The notes beneath the pieces were generated by a model. That model was not told the DNA's origin, made no database searches, and saw nothing but the letters and a program-made list of their open reading frames with translations. Shown here one piece after another: positions 13,526 through 25,625 of a stretch of 64,000 nucleotides of DNA (the stretch's first letter is position 1; every line of letters begins with the position of its first letter). The position numbers were made by a program, and so were the translations under genes. Source of the stretch: Macrostomum lignano (Eukaryota). The stretch lies in assembly GCA_002269645.1 (NCBI GenBank), contig NIVC01001556.1, forward strand, positions 62,001 through 126,000. Direction: 5' to 3'.

Positions 13526-13938
13526 CAGGGGCGTAGCCAGAGGGGGCAAGGGGGCCGTGGCCCCCCCCCCCAATCACCAACTCTGGCCTTAGCGCCCCCC
13601 CCCCTATAAGAAACTGGCGCCCCCCCTAAAAGAAACTGGCGCCCCCTAAAAGAAACTGGCGCCCCCTAAAAGAAACTGGCGTCCCCCCTCCTAAAAGAAA
13701 CTGGCGCCCCCCTAAAAGAAACTGGCGCCCCCCCTCTCTGCTGCTACCCCTATAAGAAACTGGCGCCCCCCCTCCTAAAAGAAACTGGCGCCCCTCCTCC
13801 TATAATAAACTGGCGCCCCCCCTAAGAAGCTGGCGCCCCCCCCCAAAGAAGCTGGCGCCCCCCCCCCTAAGAAGCTGGCGCCCCCTAACTCACGGCCCCG
13901 CCCCCCCCCCTCAATCAAAATTCCTGGCTACGCCCCTG
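13526..13938. mobile_element. Non-autonomous TIR element (MITE, hAT-like ends) with an internal ~20-bp tandem array (aaagaaactggcgcccccc)
   Basis: Perfect 15-bp TIRs: caggggcgtagccag (13526-13540) and ctggctacgcccctg (13924-13938). ctttaac lies on both flanks but is offset by 3 nt on the left, so the TSD is imperfect. Superfamily is inference. Confidence 0.75.
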
Positions 13939-15451
13939 CTTTAACATGACGTGTTGACTGGGTGCTGACTAGACCTGATAAACTTCAGGAGGAAGTTAGC
14001 TGTTATACTTTAGGTTTACTTAATGGACATCAATATATTCTGGATTGTGCTGGCTGAAATCCTCATTTAATTTGCTTTTAAAGTACTAGTGTATATAAAA
14101 AATATTTTCTGTACAGTGTAATTGTAACTCTATCTGAGAATGCGCAGATTGTATAGAGCATAAGTTTACTTTAATATCTTTCATTCTGTTTTTTGCTTTA
14201 CTGTGGAGTTAGTTATCTAAAGATGAGTAAATATGATTGGTACAGGGTCCCGCGCGCCAAGATTCGAACCCGGGATCCACGAGTTCTGAGTGCTACAACT
14301 TAATATGTAGCTTGTAGGCCTGATGATTTTCATGGCAGACAAAAAGTTATGCAAGCTAAAAGATGGCCTACTACGAGTAACAAGTAGCGACATTTTTTGT
14401 GAGGCCTGTCTATTCTACGGTCCTTTATAGCGTTTTAGGGCATTGCATGAATTCCATATTGGTGAGCACCACAAATTTCGCTCCATAGAAGTATTTAGAT
14501 TTTCTTTTAAGCAACAAATGAATTAGCAAATCAGTCTAAATTTGTTTCGGTAATGATACGAGCTCAACTCGGAGCAAACTTAGTTGAAAAAAAAGATGTT
14601 TATTTGGATTATTTTGTCAAGTTAATGCAGTTAAATTAAAAACTATGATCCTAGCTAATGAAGGTACAAACTCTGGTTTAAAATTATTAGAAAAAACAAT
14701 GATAAACAGTCTCTGTTAATATTGGCGTATATATTTTCTAATGGGAAACTACGAGTAGCAAAGCCTAGCTACTATTAGAATAACAGAGCAGGTCGACAAG
14801 AAAAACTAAAAGTATAAAAGTGAAGCTTTTAAATCTAAATATTTCAGGCAGAAGATGGGCTGAGTGGAGAACTTTATGAATTCCAAAGATTCACGTCCAC
14901 GATATTTTGTCTGCAGTCTGCATTTCAGAGCTGGTTGTAAGAGCAGTTGTAAGAGTTGCTTGTATCGTCCCGTGGTCATCCCCAATTGACAAGGGAACAG
15001 TGACAATGCATCAAAATATCTAATTGTCCAACCCAACTGCAAGCCCATAAAAACCACCGAATACCGCTCACCCCACCTACTGCCTGGCTTCGGAAAATTC
15101 AATAAATATTCAGCAGAATCAAGCTGCAGCTTAAACAAAAAAAGCAACAGCAACAGTGACGGGAAATTAAATAAATAAATAGTCAGCAGAATCAAACTGC
15201 AAGCTTAAGCGGAGAGCACAACAGCAACAACGTTTTACTTTGAAACTTGAATGCTTGATCGTATGATCTTAATTTTGAATTTATGTATCTTTATTTGTGT
15301 ATTGTGAATTCCAAAGTTCGATCTTCAATTCGGTTTCCGAATTTCGAATTTCAGGATGTTGTGTGGCTACTTAGCTAATTTTTTATTTCAAAGCTTCCAC
15401 TTCTCATAGTTTTGTTACGAATTTCCTAGCATTTGTTCAGAATTACATAAG

Positions 15452-18400
15452 TCACATAATCAGACAACCACCACTGGATTCTTCTTTGAATCCGTCCTCG
15501 GTCTTCTTGATTTTTTCCCACGACTCTGGCACTTCCACTCTCTTGCCGTAGTGTTTGCTCAGCGATTCCTTGTGGTTGCTTACAAACCACCGCCATAACA
15601 GACTGGATTCATCACCAGGAGGAGAACAGGGAGGATACCAGTGTGGAAAACATTCGCTAAGATCCTCCATTTTGTGACTTTCCTGCCGAAAGGTAAAAGT
15701 GTCCAGTTCACCACAGGTTGCCACTGACAGGTTCCCGGATTTTGGATCAGTAATTCCCGCAACGCCTGCTGGCCTGACGCTCCTACACCGTCGAGCGTTT
15801 TTATCGTACTTGTACCAGAACCATAAAAGGTATCCGCTCGTCCACACTTGACGTGTCAATGTTGGTTCTCCACACAACGGACAGTCCTGAAGGTCATTCC
15901 AATCTTTGTCGAGCAGTGAGACATGCGGCGCTTTGCCATCCCACCTCAGTTGCTCTGGTGACGTCGGTGGATTGTGAATAAAATCCGCGACTTTTTCAAG
16001 ATATTCAAGTAGTCTCATATTGAAATTTTGCAAGTCGCTAATCGAGCATTGGCTTGCAACTTTGAAGTCTTCCACGTGCAGACCAATCTTATCACCCTGT
16101 TCGCAGAATTTTTCTATCCAAAACTGTAGCAGGTTGGTGCAACTGTCGTGGCCACTCATCTGTTGACTAGCCATTTCACTCGCGCGTTTTTTAATTGGCT
16201 CAAGAAGATTGTGCACCCTCTCCTTGAGAACTTTTGTGTACTTGCTGTTGCCTTCTGGGTCTGGCTTAAAAAATTGTTCTTCCATCGTTTGTACCAGCCA
16301 CTTGCGTGTGAAGGCTTTACTATCTTTGATGAATTCGATCCAATCGTCGAATTCATTTGTGTCAATCAGACTTTTCGTCACCTGCTTCACAAGATCCCCG
16401 TTGCTCTCGTTTTTTTTATCCAAAAAATCTTTACTGACAAAGTTGGCAGCTTGTCGCAATGCAGTTTCGCTGACGAAGTTCCTGATGATGCCTGCGATTA
16501 CACTGGCACTGCGCACATCCTGGCCCTCTCGCTTGCAGCAATTCCTGAACTCTTCAAAGACAGTATTCTTGAATGCTTGCAGCTGAGCTCTGACCCCAAA
16601 CTGCTGCTCAAATTGCTCATGTTCCGTCTTAAATTCTGCGGCTGCATAAAAGCAAGCGTAAACGCTGAAAAAATCTTTAAACTGTGGTTTCAGTGTGACC
16701 CACCGATATCCACGAGTACTTACAAGGTGCTCCTTCGATTGATCGCTGTTGAACTCATCAATCTCTTTATCCACAAAATGTATTATTGATGAAAAGACGC
16801 CACGATCGATAATATCGATACCATTGTCTCTTTGCAACTGGATGATTTCTTTTTCAACTTTTTTCAGAACCGAGTTGGAAAAATTGAACACCTGTGTCTT
16901 GCACTTTTCCTCGGATGGCCAGAACTTGTTGAGTAAGCCAACCATATGCCACTTTTTCTCGTAATGATCACTCCTGATCAGATTGACCCTCAGTGGCACA
17001 CAGGTTTGCTTACCTGCCATTGATTTCTTTATCTCATCGTGTATCTTAGACCTCCTACTCTCGAGCTCTGAGAGCAGTGTCTCCTCAGCCTGACGAAAAA
17101 AATCCAAAGTCTGCATCGGTGCGATATGGACTTCCTTCATCTGCTTTTCCCACATGGTATAAAATTCTTTTTTAAGCTCGTCATCGGTAATCTGAGAGCG
17201 TTTTTCTGCCACCATCCTTTCTGCAACTTGGCGCGCTTTATCCATAAGCTGCTGCTTTAGCTGATCTGCTTTGCCTCTGCTCTGCAGAAGTACTCGCCTC
17301 TCCTCCTTCACCTCCGCCAGTCTCTCGTTACACTCGCGAGTAAGTGATTTGACATCTTCCTCAAAGTTGTTAAAAGTTCTTTGTTGCCATTGAACGATTG
17401 TCTGATTTTCTTCGTGTTTCTTGAAAAACGATTCGAGTTCCTTTTGCTTCTCAGACTGATTTTCCTTGATCAATTTATTCGTTTCGGCGATCTCCGTTTT
17501 TAGCCTCTCACCCAGGCTCTGGGCATCTTGACAAGAACGCAAATTTGGGGCTGCCTTCTCTTTCACTTGATCCCATGCTTTTTTCTCGAGATCGCGCCTA
17601 AGTTCAGAGTACTTCTTGTTGACTTCTTTGTAGGCCCTGAGCTCGAGTGTGTTCTGGAAACTAAATACAAAATCTTCCTTGACAACTGCCTTCCAGAAGT
17701 CAGCTGCACGAACAGAAAACTCTTCGAACGTCAACTTGGAAGTGTACGTACCCTTCAGACACTGTACAATCTTGTACTTTGTACCCTGAACTCCTCTGCT
17801 GTAACCTGGATTGACAGGAGCTAACGGAGGTTCTCCCTCCCACAGGTTTGTTAGGAAAATGACGTTTTCGTCCACATCAAACTTAAGGAGATCAGCGAAG
17901 CGCTTTATATTTGTCACTCCTTCCTCATTCGCTGCACCCTCGACTGTACTGTCCAGAGTCCGCAACAGACGATCTCTCGCTTCCTGCATTTTCTCACGTG
18001 AGTCAACAGCACAGACGTTCTGATGCACAAATAGGCAAGCCTTACCCTTGATGAGGTTCGGTGATGCATTAGAAATTCTTAGGAAAGCGTATACAACAAT
18101 TTGCAAGACGTTTGTCATCTCATGGATATTTTCACCCATAATATTAATAATTGTAACGTCAGCCAGTCCTACGGCCATGGTCGCGAGTTCATTGTCGCGA
18201 TGTTTTCAGTCATTGCCCAGTTCGGTAGAGCGTAGGCCTTCAGTATCGATGATCATAATGAAATCCGCATTCAGACCTGATTTTGTCCGATCATTTCGCA
18301 CCATCTGAAGAAAGGCACCTCTGGTGCAGCGTCCGGCACTTACTGGCAGCTGCAAGCCGAACATCGTGTTCAGTAAAGTTGACTTTCCCGAGCTCTGAAT

Positions 18401-20236
18401 ACCTAGAACTGACACAATCAAGAGCGACTCCTTCTTAAATTTTTCCTGCAGCTTTTTCAGCACTCCTTCAATCCATTTAATCGTGATGGCACTAGCATCT
18501 CCGTCAATCAGCTCGAAAGGGTGGCCTTGCACAATAAGCTGAACAGCTAAGTCTAATAGTTAAGTATGACAGCTAAGTCCAGTAGGAATCCAAAGTTGTT
18601 CGGCCACACGTTCGTTGTTTAAAGTGGCTTCGTACAACTGTGATAACTCGCGAAAGATATGCTCCACGCCAAAAACTGAGGCTTGTAAATCAGCGGGTGC
18701 AACCGAATTGGACTTTTGAATTCTAGTGTTCTCGCCATCTAGAAATAGTTTTAGGCTTCTTAGAAAGATGCTGATTTGTCCGTTATCGGAGGCTTCCTTG
18801 AATAATTTTATGAAGCGGAGTATAAAGTCCCTTGAATTTCCCTTCTTAAGAAACTCAATCTGCTGTCGCCGCAGTTCCTTTATCTTCAAGTTGTCATTCT
18901 CTTCCTGCTTCACTCTTTCGTTCCCAGTCAATTTCTGGGCATCTCTGACTCTGTCCTTCTGCAGCTTCGAGATTTCGTGCCAAGGCTGACCGTGTAGAGG
19001 CAGTAGTGTTTTTTTACGATCAGTGGCATGAAAGCGAACGGCAGTATCTACCAGTTCTTTCGCATTCGAAATAACCTGTTGCACGGCAGGCTGCCTCTCA
19101 TCCACAAGCATATTGTAACTGTTTTCTGCTATCTCGCCAAGATTAGTCAAAGTCATGGACTTCTTGCTTTCGATCATCTTTATGTGAAGCCTTTTCTTTA
19201 CGTCTGTCAAGAGTTCCGATGATGTTTTTCGATCCGCTTCCTTCACAATGCGTACCTTCTCTTTAAAGGTGTCTCCAAAATGGGATCGCAGTTGTCGCAG
19301 AAAGTCAGGAACTTTTGTTGAGGAGATCACCAAAATGATGTCCTGATTGTGGTGGAAAACTTTTTTAAGGACGTCACCAATTTCACCCTGCTTGTCGGCG
19401 TCATCTGATAGAGAAACTATAATGCAGGTAGACACATCAGCAAGGAACCGCATCTGTTGCTGACACTTCACTGCGTCTCCTCGAAGGTTGAGAACGCACA
19501 CGGGCTCGTTCAGTTTTAAATCGGCGTCGTTAAGACTCGGTAGCATCCACGTCTGCTCGATACTTCCATCGCTGAAAATTCTCTCCCCCAACGATGTAGA
19601 TGACTCTCTAAACACCATCTGCTTGTCGTGAACGCATCTGTTGATGAGCTGCGACTTTGAAACTGCATTGTTACCTAATCTGATCACAGAAAGAACACTA
19701 AACGAGTCTGAATTGATACACTTTTGCTTAGAAACTTTGTCTTGACCACGGTATTTTAGCTCACCCGTCCTCAGTGGCAGCGTGAAGAGTTGCGATACAT
19801 AACCTCCGAACCAGGAAAGTGGTACTGCGAGTTTACAATCAAAAAGTTTCTCAGCCAGCACCTGTTTGAGCGGGGCGTCGCAGCAAAGATAACAGGCCAA
19901 GAAAACGTCTTGGTGCTGCAGAAGGGCCATCGAATGCGTGCATTCTGTGTTAGAGTCTTCTGACCAGTCATCATCTTCGTCTTCGTTGGTTGGAGCTGCA
20001 GATGATGCAAGGTTACTCAGCAGACTACCGAACAGCTGGTAGTTATTCATGACCACTGACTTCAGCATGAGCATGGGAACGTCGGAAATACTTTGAGCTG
20101 CTGCTTCTTCGCTTTCATCTCTCAAAGTCATTACATCACTCAAAGATATTTTTTCAGGAAACTTATCGGAAAGCTGTAGAGTCTCCAGAAATTGTCTCTG
20201 CTTTTCTGTCAGAGATTTTAGAGTCACCGAGTTCAT
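15452..20236 (-). pseudogene. Very large inducible GTPase (GVIN1/VLIG/URGCP family), intronless, single frame of ~1,594 codons with two in-frame stops (TAA 18560-62, TGA 18206-08) and a C-terminal CaaX (CLIM)
   Basis: ORFs 18560-20236, 18206-18532 and 15452-18178 share one frame. Family motifs: G1 SVLGIQSSGKSTLLNTMFGLQLPVSAGRCTRGAF; G3 IIDTEGLR; HRDNELAT..VGLADVTIINIMGEN; GHPFELIDGDA; FGVEHIFRELSQLYEA; N-terminal DVFLACYLCCD..KLFDCKLAVPL; C-terminal CPLCG and LWRWFV..H....L...YG. Confidence 0.88.
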
Positions 20237-21255
20237 TTTTTTGCTTTGAGCATGTGCCCGGTTCTGGACACCTGCGTATGCTGTGTGAAGTCGTCACTCT
20301 CCGTATTCCGTTCAACCAGTCGCTTAGATTCTGATGTCGCAGAATAGCGCGAATAAAAAAGACAAGTCTATTTGGTCTCAACTTAAAGAGCGCACCAACG
20401 AATTTTAAAGTTGTATTTACGAGTATAGGCGAGTTTTAATGCCCCGCGGCGTGGGGTGTGATCACCATCTACACGTTTAATGGGTGTACACAGAGGTATT
20501 GTAGGATAGTGTTATTAAATGTCGCATAAAAGCGAAGTTCTCTTTTTTCAATGAAAAAGCTCAGAAAAAGCTAAATATCTTTTCGGCAGACATAGCTAGC
20601 AAAAAATGTTTATAAGGCTAAGAAAAAACACAAAAGAGCGAAGTTCTCTTTTTTGAAGCAAAGCACGTACCTTTCATTAGTTTTTGCCAGCGAAAGAACA
20701 CTACGACGTAGTCAACAACACGTGGCACGCGGCAGCGACTAGCGAGCACTTTGGGTGGGGGGGGGGGGCGGGAGTCCCGAGAGAGACCCACCCAACACGG
20801 CGACAAACAAACCTTGCATGAATGGCGTCTAGACAGTTCAACAGAAGTCCGACAGACGTGTAAGAGATTGAAAAGGTTATTTGATTTAGACAGTAAACAG
20901 TCTACGCTCGTAATGGAGACTATAGAGATCTCTAAACCTTGAGAATATCATCGCTAAACAATAACTAACTTAAAGTAAATTCAAGTTTACGTAGAGTTCT
21001 GCGGACTGACCCTAAGCAAGCGGTGACGTCAAACGATCCTATAAATAATAAAATTGAAAGTTATTGTAATCCCAGGATCCGGCATTAAAAATGATTAATT
21101 GAAAGGGGATATCACCTCAGTCCCGAAATGGAAGCGATGTACCAGAGTGGGAATTTTGTTGTTGGATATCCCTCTATTGGATCAGCAATCCTATGATGTA
21201 GAATCATCGAAAATCCCATCTCTCGATATCGCACTAGACCCCAGTGAGATAATCG

Positions 21256-21721
21256 AGGACCACTGTATATAGCAGGACGTGAAACTGAAAGATCGTGTAA
21301 ATTTTTGGAGGTCGATTTCCTGGAAAAAAAATACACTGCGGAGATAGGAGAAAATAATTTTTTCATCACAAAATCAATGATTGCATTTGATCTGGGGCAG
21401 TTGAAATAACCATTCTTTTTATTTAGCACACACAACATGTTACTCTATTGCATTTCAATATACAAAGCTGTGTAGTGAATGTTTCATTTTCATATTATTT
21501 TCTTTTTATTTCATAAGCCCAGAGTTGCAATAAACTGACATTATTGTAGGTATAGTTCCATTTCAATGTAGTAACTAACTGCCCTAGATCAAATGCAATC
21601 ATTGATTTTATGATGAAAGAATGATTTTCTCCTATCTCCGCAGTGTATTTTTTCCAGGAAATCGACTTCCAAAAATTTACACGATCTTTGAGTTTTACGT
21701 CCTGCTATATACAGTGGTCCT
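21256..21721. mobile_element. Foldback/MITE-like inverted repeat: ~146-bp arms (21256-21402, 21577-21721) around a 174-bp AT-rich spacer
   Basis: The arms are reverse complements with few mismatches by eye (e.g. gatcgtgtaaatttttgga..gtcgatttcctgg..atacactgcggagataggagaaaat). Related segments occur at ~41735-41830. Confidence 0.75.
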
Positions 21722-24700
21722 TGGAGATAATATGGGATAAATAGGGATTTATAGTGACCGTCTCCGACTGATTTTAGCGAAGGGAGTCGGCTGGATATGT
21801 CGTCCTCGATAACAGAATTGCGCAGTACACTCGAACACACAATAGATTCACACTTACCAAAAAACTTGCCACCCTCGTGGTCTGGTAAGTCGTATTTGTG
21901 TATGGCAGCAACTTTACGAAGAGGATATTTGTCGAATTTATTAGACCCTCGTGAAGGTATTCAGTACGTCAACGATACCTCCAGATACCTCCAGAAGTGA
22001 GTCACAACATTGGATTCCAGTGGATGCAACTGATCCAGTTTCTAATTGGTTTCCTAAAATGAGTACGCAAGCTTAGAAAAAGTTTCTGTTGGACGGGTAC
22101 CACTTGAAGCAAACAATTTTGTTCAAAAGATCAAAGTCCAGCATGTCTTGGACGGCTTTGAAGGCAACATGTGGATGGATTTCGAGCAACTGGCTTCTCA
22201 ACTTCCTCGGAAAATAAAGTGTTGTGAGTTCTGAGCAGCCTGAAAATTGTTCAGCAGGTTTGGAACTTGGACACTTTTATGGATCTATGAATCTACTCGT
22301 ACATAGCCGCTGTATTTTCCCGAAACTCATAATTAACACTCTTCACGTAATTCTGCGGATTAGTGATTCGTTTAAAAATAATTATTTTGAATTTCTTGAC
22401 AAAGGACTCCAACAGGTTTTATACCGACTTTTCATCTTCAAAGGCTGGAAGCCGAACAGCCGGTTGCCATTGCCATGTGATGGCAGTACTACTTGTTTTA
22501 GGCCCCTATGCCTACGCTGGTATGTTTCTGAAAGCTTCGAGAAGGCTTATCCGAAGCACCGATTCGTGGAGACTATGCTGCCTCATAAGCTGAATGAAAG
22601 GCTGATTCTCTGCATTAAGGATAACAGAAAATCCTGACTTACGTGCAAGGAAAGAGGGCCAAATAGTTTTCGAACAAAATCTTCGAACAGTAGGCAATCT
22701 CGACAAAAGCTGCACTGCGGACTTCGAAATACCTGCTATGGTAACTCCACAGTGCACGTGCCGTACTGGTTGCAGCAAAAAGGATCGATATTGCATTCCT
22801 CCGGTCAGATTCATGATGCCCAGCGATCACTGGAGCAGTTGCTTAATAGAATGACTATAGATCCAACCCAGAGTTTGCTGAAGAGTTCCTATCCAGTGTA
22901 CATGTAAGACGAACATTCACGGTTTAATCACGGGAAAGAGCATTGCTGTCTTGAGTTTTCTAGGTTGTTTTCTCTGCTATCGCAGTTCGAGACGTGTTTA
23001 CTGCGAAAATTACGCATCGCACGCCCAAGCATCCTCACCGTCATCCTCACCGACAGCGGTGGTGATTCACACACCATTGATGAGCTGTTGATTAGAGCGC
23101 TGTCACCGAAAAACGTTCAGTGCGAAACGTGAGATTGTGGCGGCAGCTGTGAAGAGACGATTGCTGCTGCAGCTAGAGGATTTACCATCTTTCATTTCGA
23201 TGGCACTAATGCTATTAAGAAGACCGAAAAAATTCTACGCCCATTTGACATTCTTTACGCAATGCCTCTGCAACTGCGCACGGGCATCCAGTTATTGTTG
23301 TTTGCCACAATGGCAGAAGCACTACGTCAGGGCACTATACATCCAGTTAGTGTCAATCGCCAAGGCATCTGGTGGCAAATCCCTTCGAAACTGGTCTACA
23401 AGACAATTGTGCTTGTTTTAAATATTGAGTAAGCGTCACGAGCACGCTACAGCCAAAGTAGCAAATATCGTAGTTCAGTTATTCATGAAAACATTAAAAG
23501 CTGGTCTGACAGCAAGTAATCCATTGCGATTTTCTGTTCATTAATTTGCATTTTACTTACCGACAAGTTTTACTTGATTTTCTATCCTCTACTTGCTAGT
23601 TACAAATTATAGTTACAAAAATGACTGAAAGCGCTGAAAGTCATGAACAAGGTTTGCTGCTTCTTACATTGCTGGTTCAAAACAAAATCGATAAAAACCA
23701 GATATGACACAAAATGAATGAGACTTTCATGAAGGAGACGAGTTGGGCAGCAAAATACGTTGGATGCACGTTTGTTCCCGCCGGTAGGCTGCTTACAGCG
23801 TTAGCAGCAGCACCTCCTGTGTGAGAAGTACGACTCGGAACCCGATGATGTTAGATGCTTTCTAACACCTCGAAGCTGCTGCTGCTGCAAAGACAACAAT
23901 ATTTGAGGGTTGGTTTAGGGGCGGCTTATCTGGGTCAGGTTGAGTAGCTCCAGCTATGGCCACTTGACTACATGTAAAAAACAGTAGCGTTTTGTGTGCG
24001 ACTCATCTCTCATCTCATCTCTTCTCTCTCCTTTCCTCACTCAATCTGGCCCGCAGCCATGAGCTGGATTCTTTTCCAGGCACTTCAAGTAAAAGAGTTT
24101 TCCACACCCTACTCAAAGAGGACTGCCTAAAGTTTGAAGTCAACATTGAAAGGCCGGTAGGTAACTCTACTAAGCATTAAATGCCAGGGTACTATGCTTG
24201 TATAAGCTACTGTCTTAACTCTCATGTTTGCTTAACTCTTTACCAAAATCTAACGCTTCATATGCTCTCCTGTGCAATCATTATTCAAGACATAATAGGC
24301 CTTATTGATCTGCATGGCTTGGACGCAGCTGTGCCTTGTAGGGCAATAGAGTGAGAGCCAGACAGGGACGGAGAGAAGGGGAGCTGACTTGACTCCCTCC
24401 AGACTTCCCAGTCGCCCTCGAAGACATTCTGTCGCCGCTTCCCTCATGTAGCCGCGTGGGCAGCTGCCATCATTATTCCTCTCTCCCTCCTAAACCTCAT
24501 GCACCGGCGTCCACTGTGGGGACCCCCAGGCCATCGGTTTTGCGTGTCAATTGGGTTGCTGGTTGGTCGGTCGCCGTGTGTTCCTGTCTAGCCTCCCCTC
24601 CTCCTCCCGGTGTTTCACTTCTGCCATGGCGTGGCGTCAGCGTGGGTGTCCGGCCAAGGACTTCTACAATAAAGCATCTGGAAAGAAGAGTTTTATAACA

Positions 24701-25625
24701 AGACTCAACCCCCGAAAGCAGAGATTTGAACCAATTATTCAATAGTAGTTTGAGGAAGAGCCAGAATGCAGCTTATTCAACTATCAAGGTTTAACTCTCC
24801 CCAAGTTATACTGCTTTTAAAAAGTCACCTTACGAGCTTAAAAAGCTCTTCAGTTTCCTTTCCAGACTGTCTAACATTAGAACTCCATGGCTCGGCCATT
24901 GAAAGCTCGCTTAATATTGACTGCGTCTCCGCCAGTGAGCGCCTCTTCTTGGCTCAGGAAAAATCGTGTTGGAGGAAAGAGAAGAGAGAAGGGAGGAGAG
25001 AGACGGCGTGTGCAGGCCCGTGTCCGCCTGTGCACCTCCATGCCGCTCCCGTCCCGCAGACAAGGACAAGCTAGGTCGGCTTCCTTTCTGGGCCTCCATT
25101 AAAAATTGCACCTTTGTCTGACTGCTCGTCTTCCCACTCTGTTCCCTTCGCATTTCTGTCCCCATTCTGTTGCAGTCAATTCTGTACTACAGAGCACGGT
25201 TTTCGGCCTGAGTGTGCATTATTGAGGCCATGAGATCGTGAGGCAGAGCTTGATTGGCAATTGCAATTTAAGTCTTTTTTGGCATCATAGGACGCTTCAG
25301 CATGCGTACAGATCGGTGTACACTGATAGGATAGAGCGATCGTGTCACCGTCAGTTCTAGAAAACAGAGGCAATCAGCGAACTAGCTTGTAAAACAGATT
25401 CATCTATTTGACGGATTTAACTCAATATGCCACCTTTTAGCGTGAATCATCCAGTGCAATTTTGATACAAAAGCTACTGAACAGCTAGCTAACCATCAAC
25501 CCTCTGTGCGAACTGCAGTCAGAGAGCAACGTTCGGGAAGAATCTCCAGCGAAGAGAACTAAAGTCGGGAAGAATCTTCCAAGTGCTATAACGTAATAAA
25601 TCGAATCTGGAGCGAGACATTCGAA

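Noticed and set aside
14245-14300. tRNA gene (B-box ggttcgaatc on the minus strand)
   Set aside because: No A box or cloverleaf; at most a SINE fragment
20531-20654. Duplicated 18-bp agcgaagttctctttttt upstream of GVIN as an IRF/ISRE-like element
   Set aside because: The match to GAAANNGAAA is poor and there is no functional evidence; only the direct repeat is observed
21950-23430. Degenerate DNA-transposon coding remnant, including a CTCRTGCS (CXC-like) segment near 22745-22775
   Set aside because: Only short broken frames and no catalytic motif recognised; a translated search would be needed
24250-24780. Possible solo LTR (GC-rich block with AATAAA near 24668)
   Set aside because: No second copy, TG..CA ends with TSD, PBS or PPT could be identified
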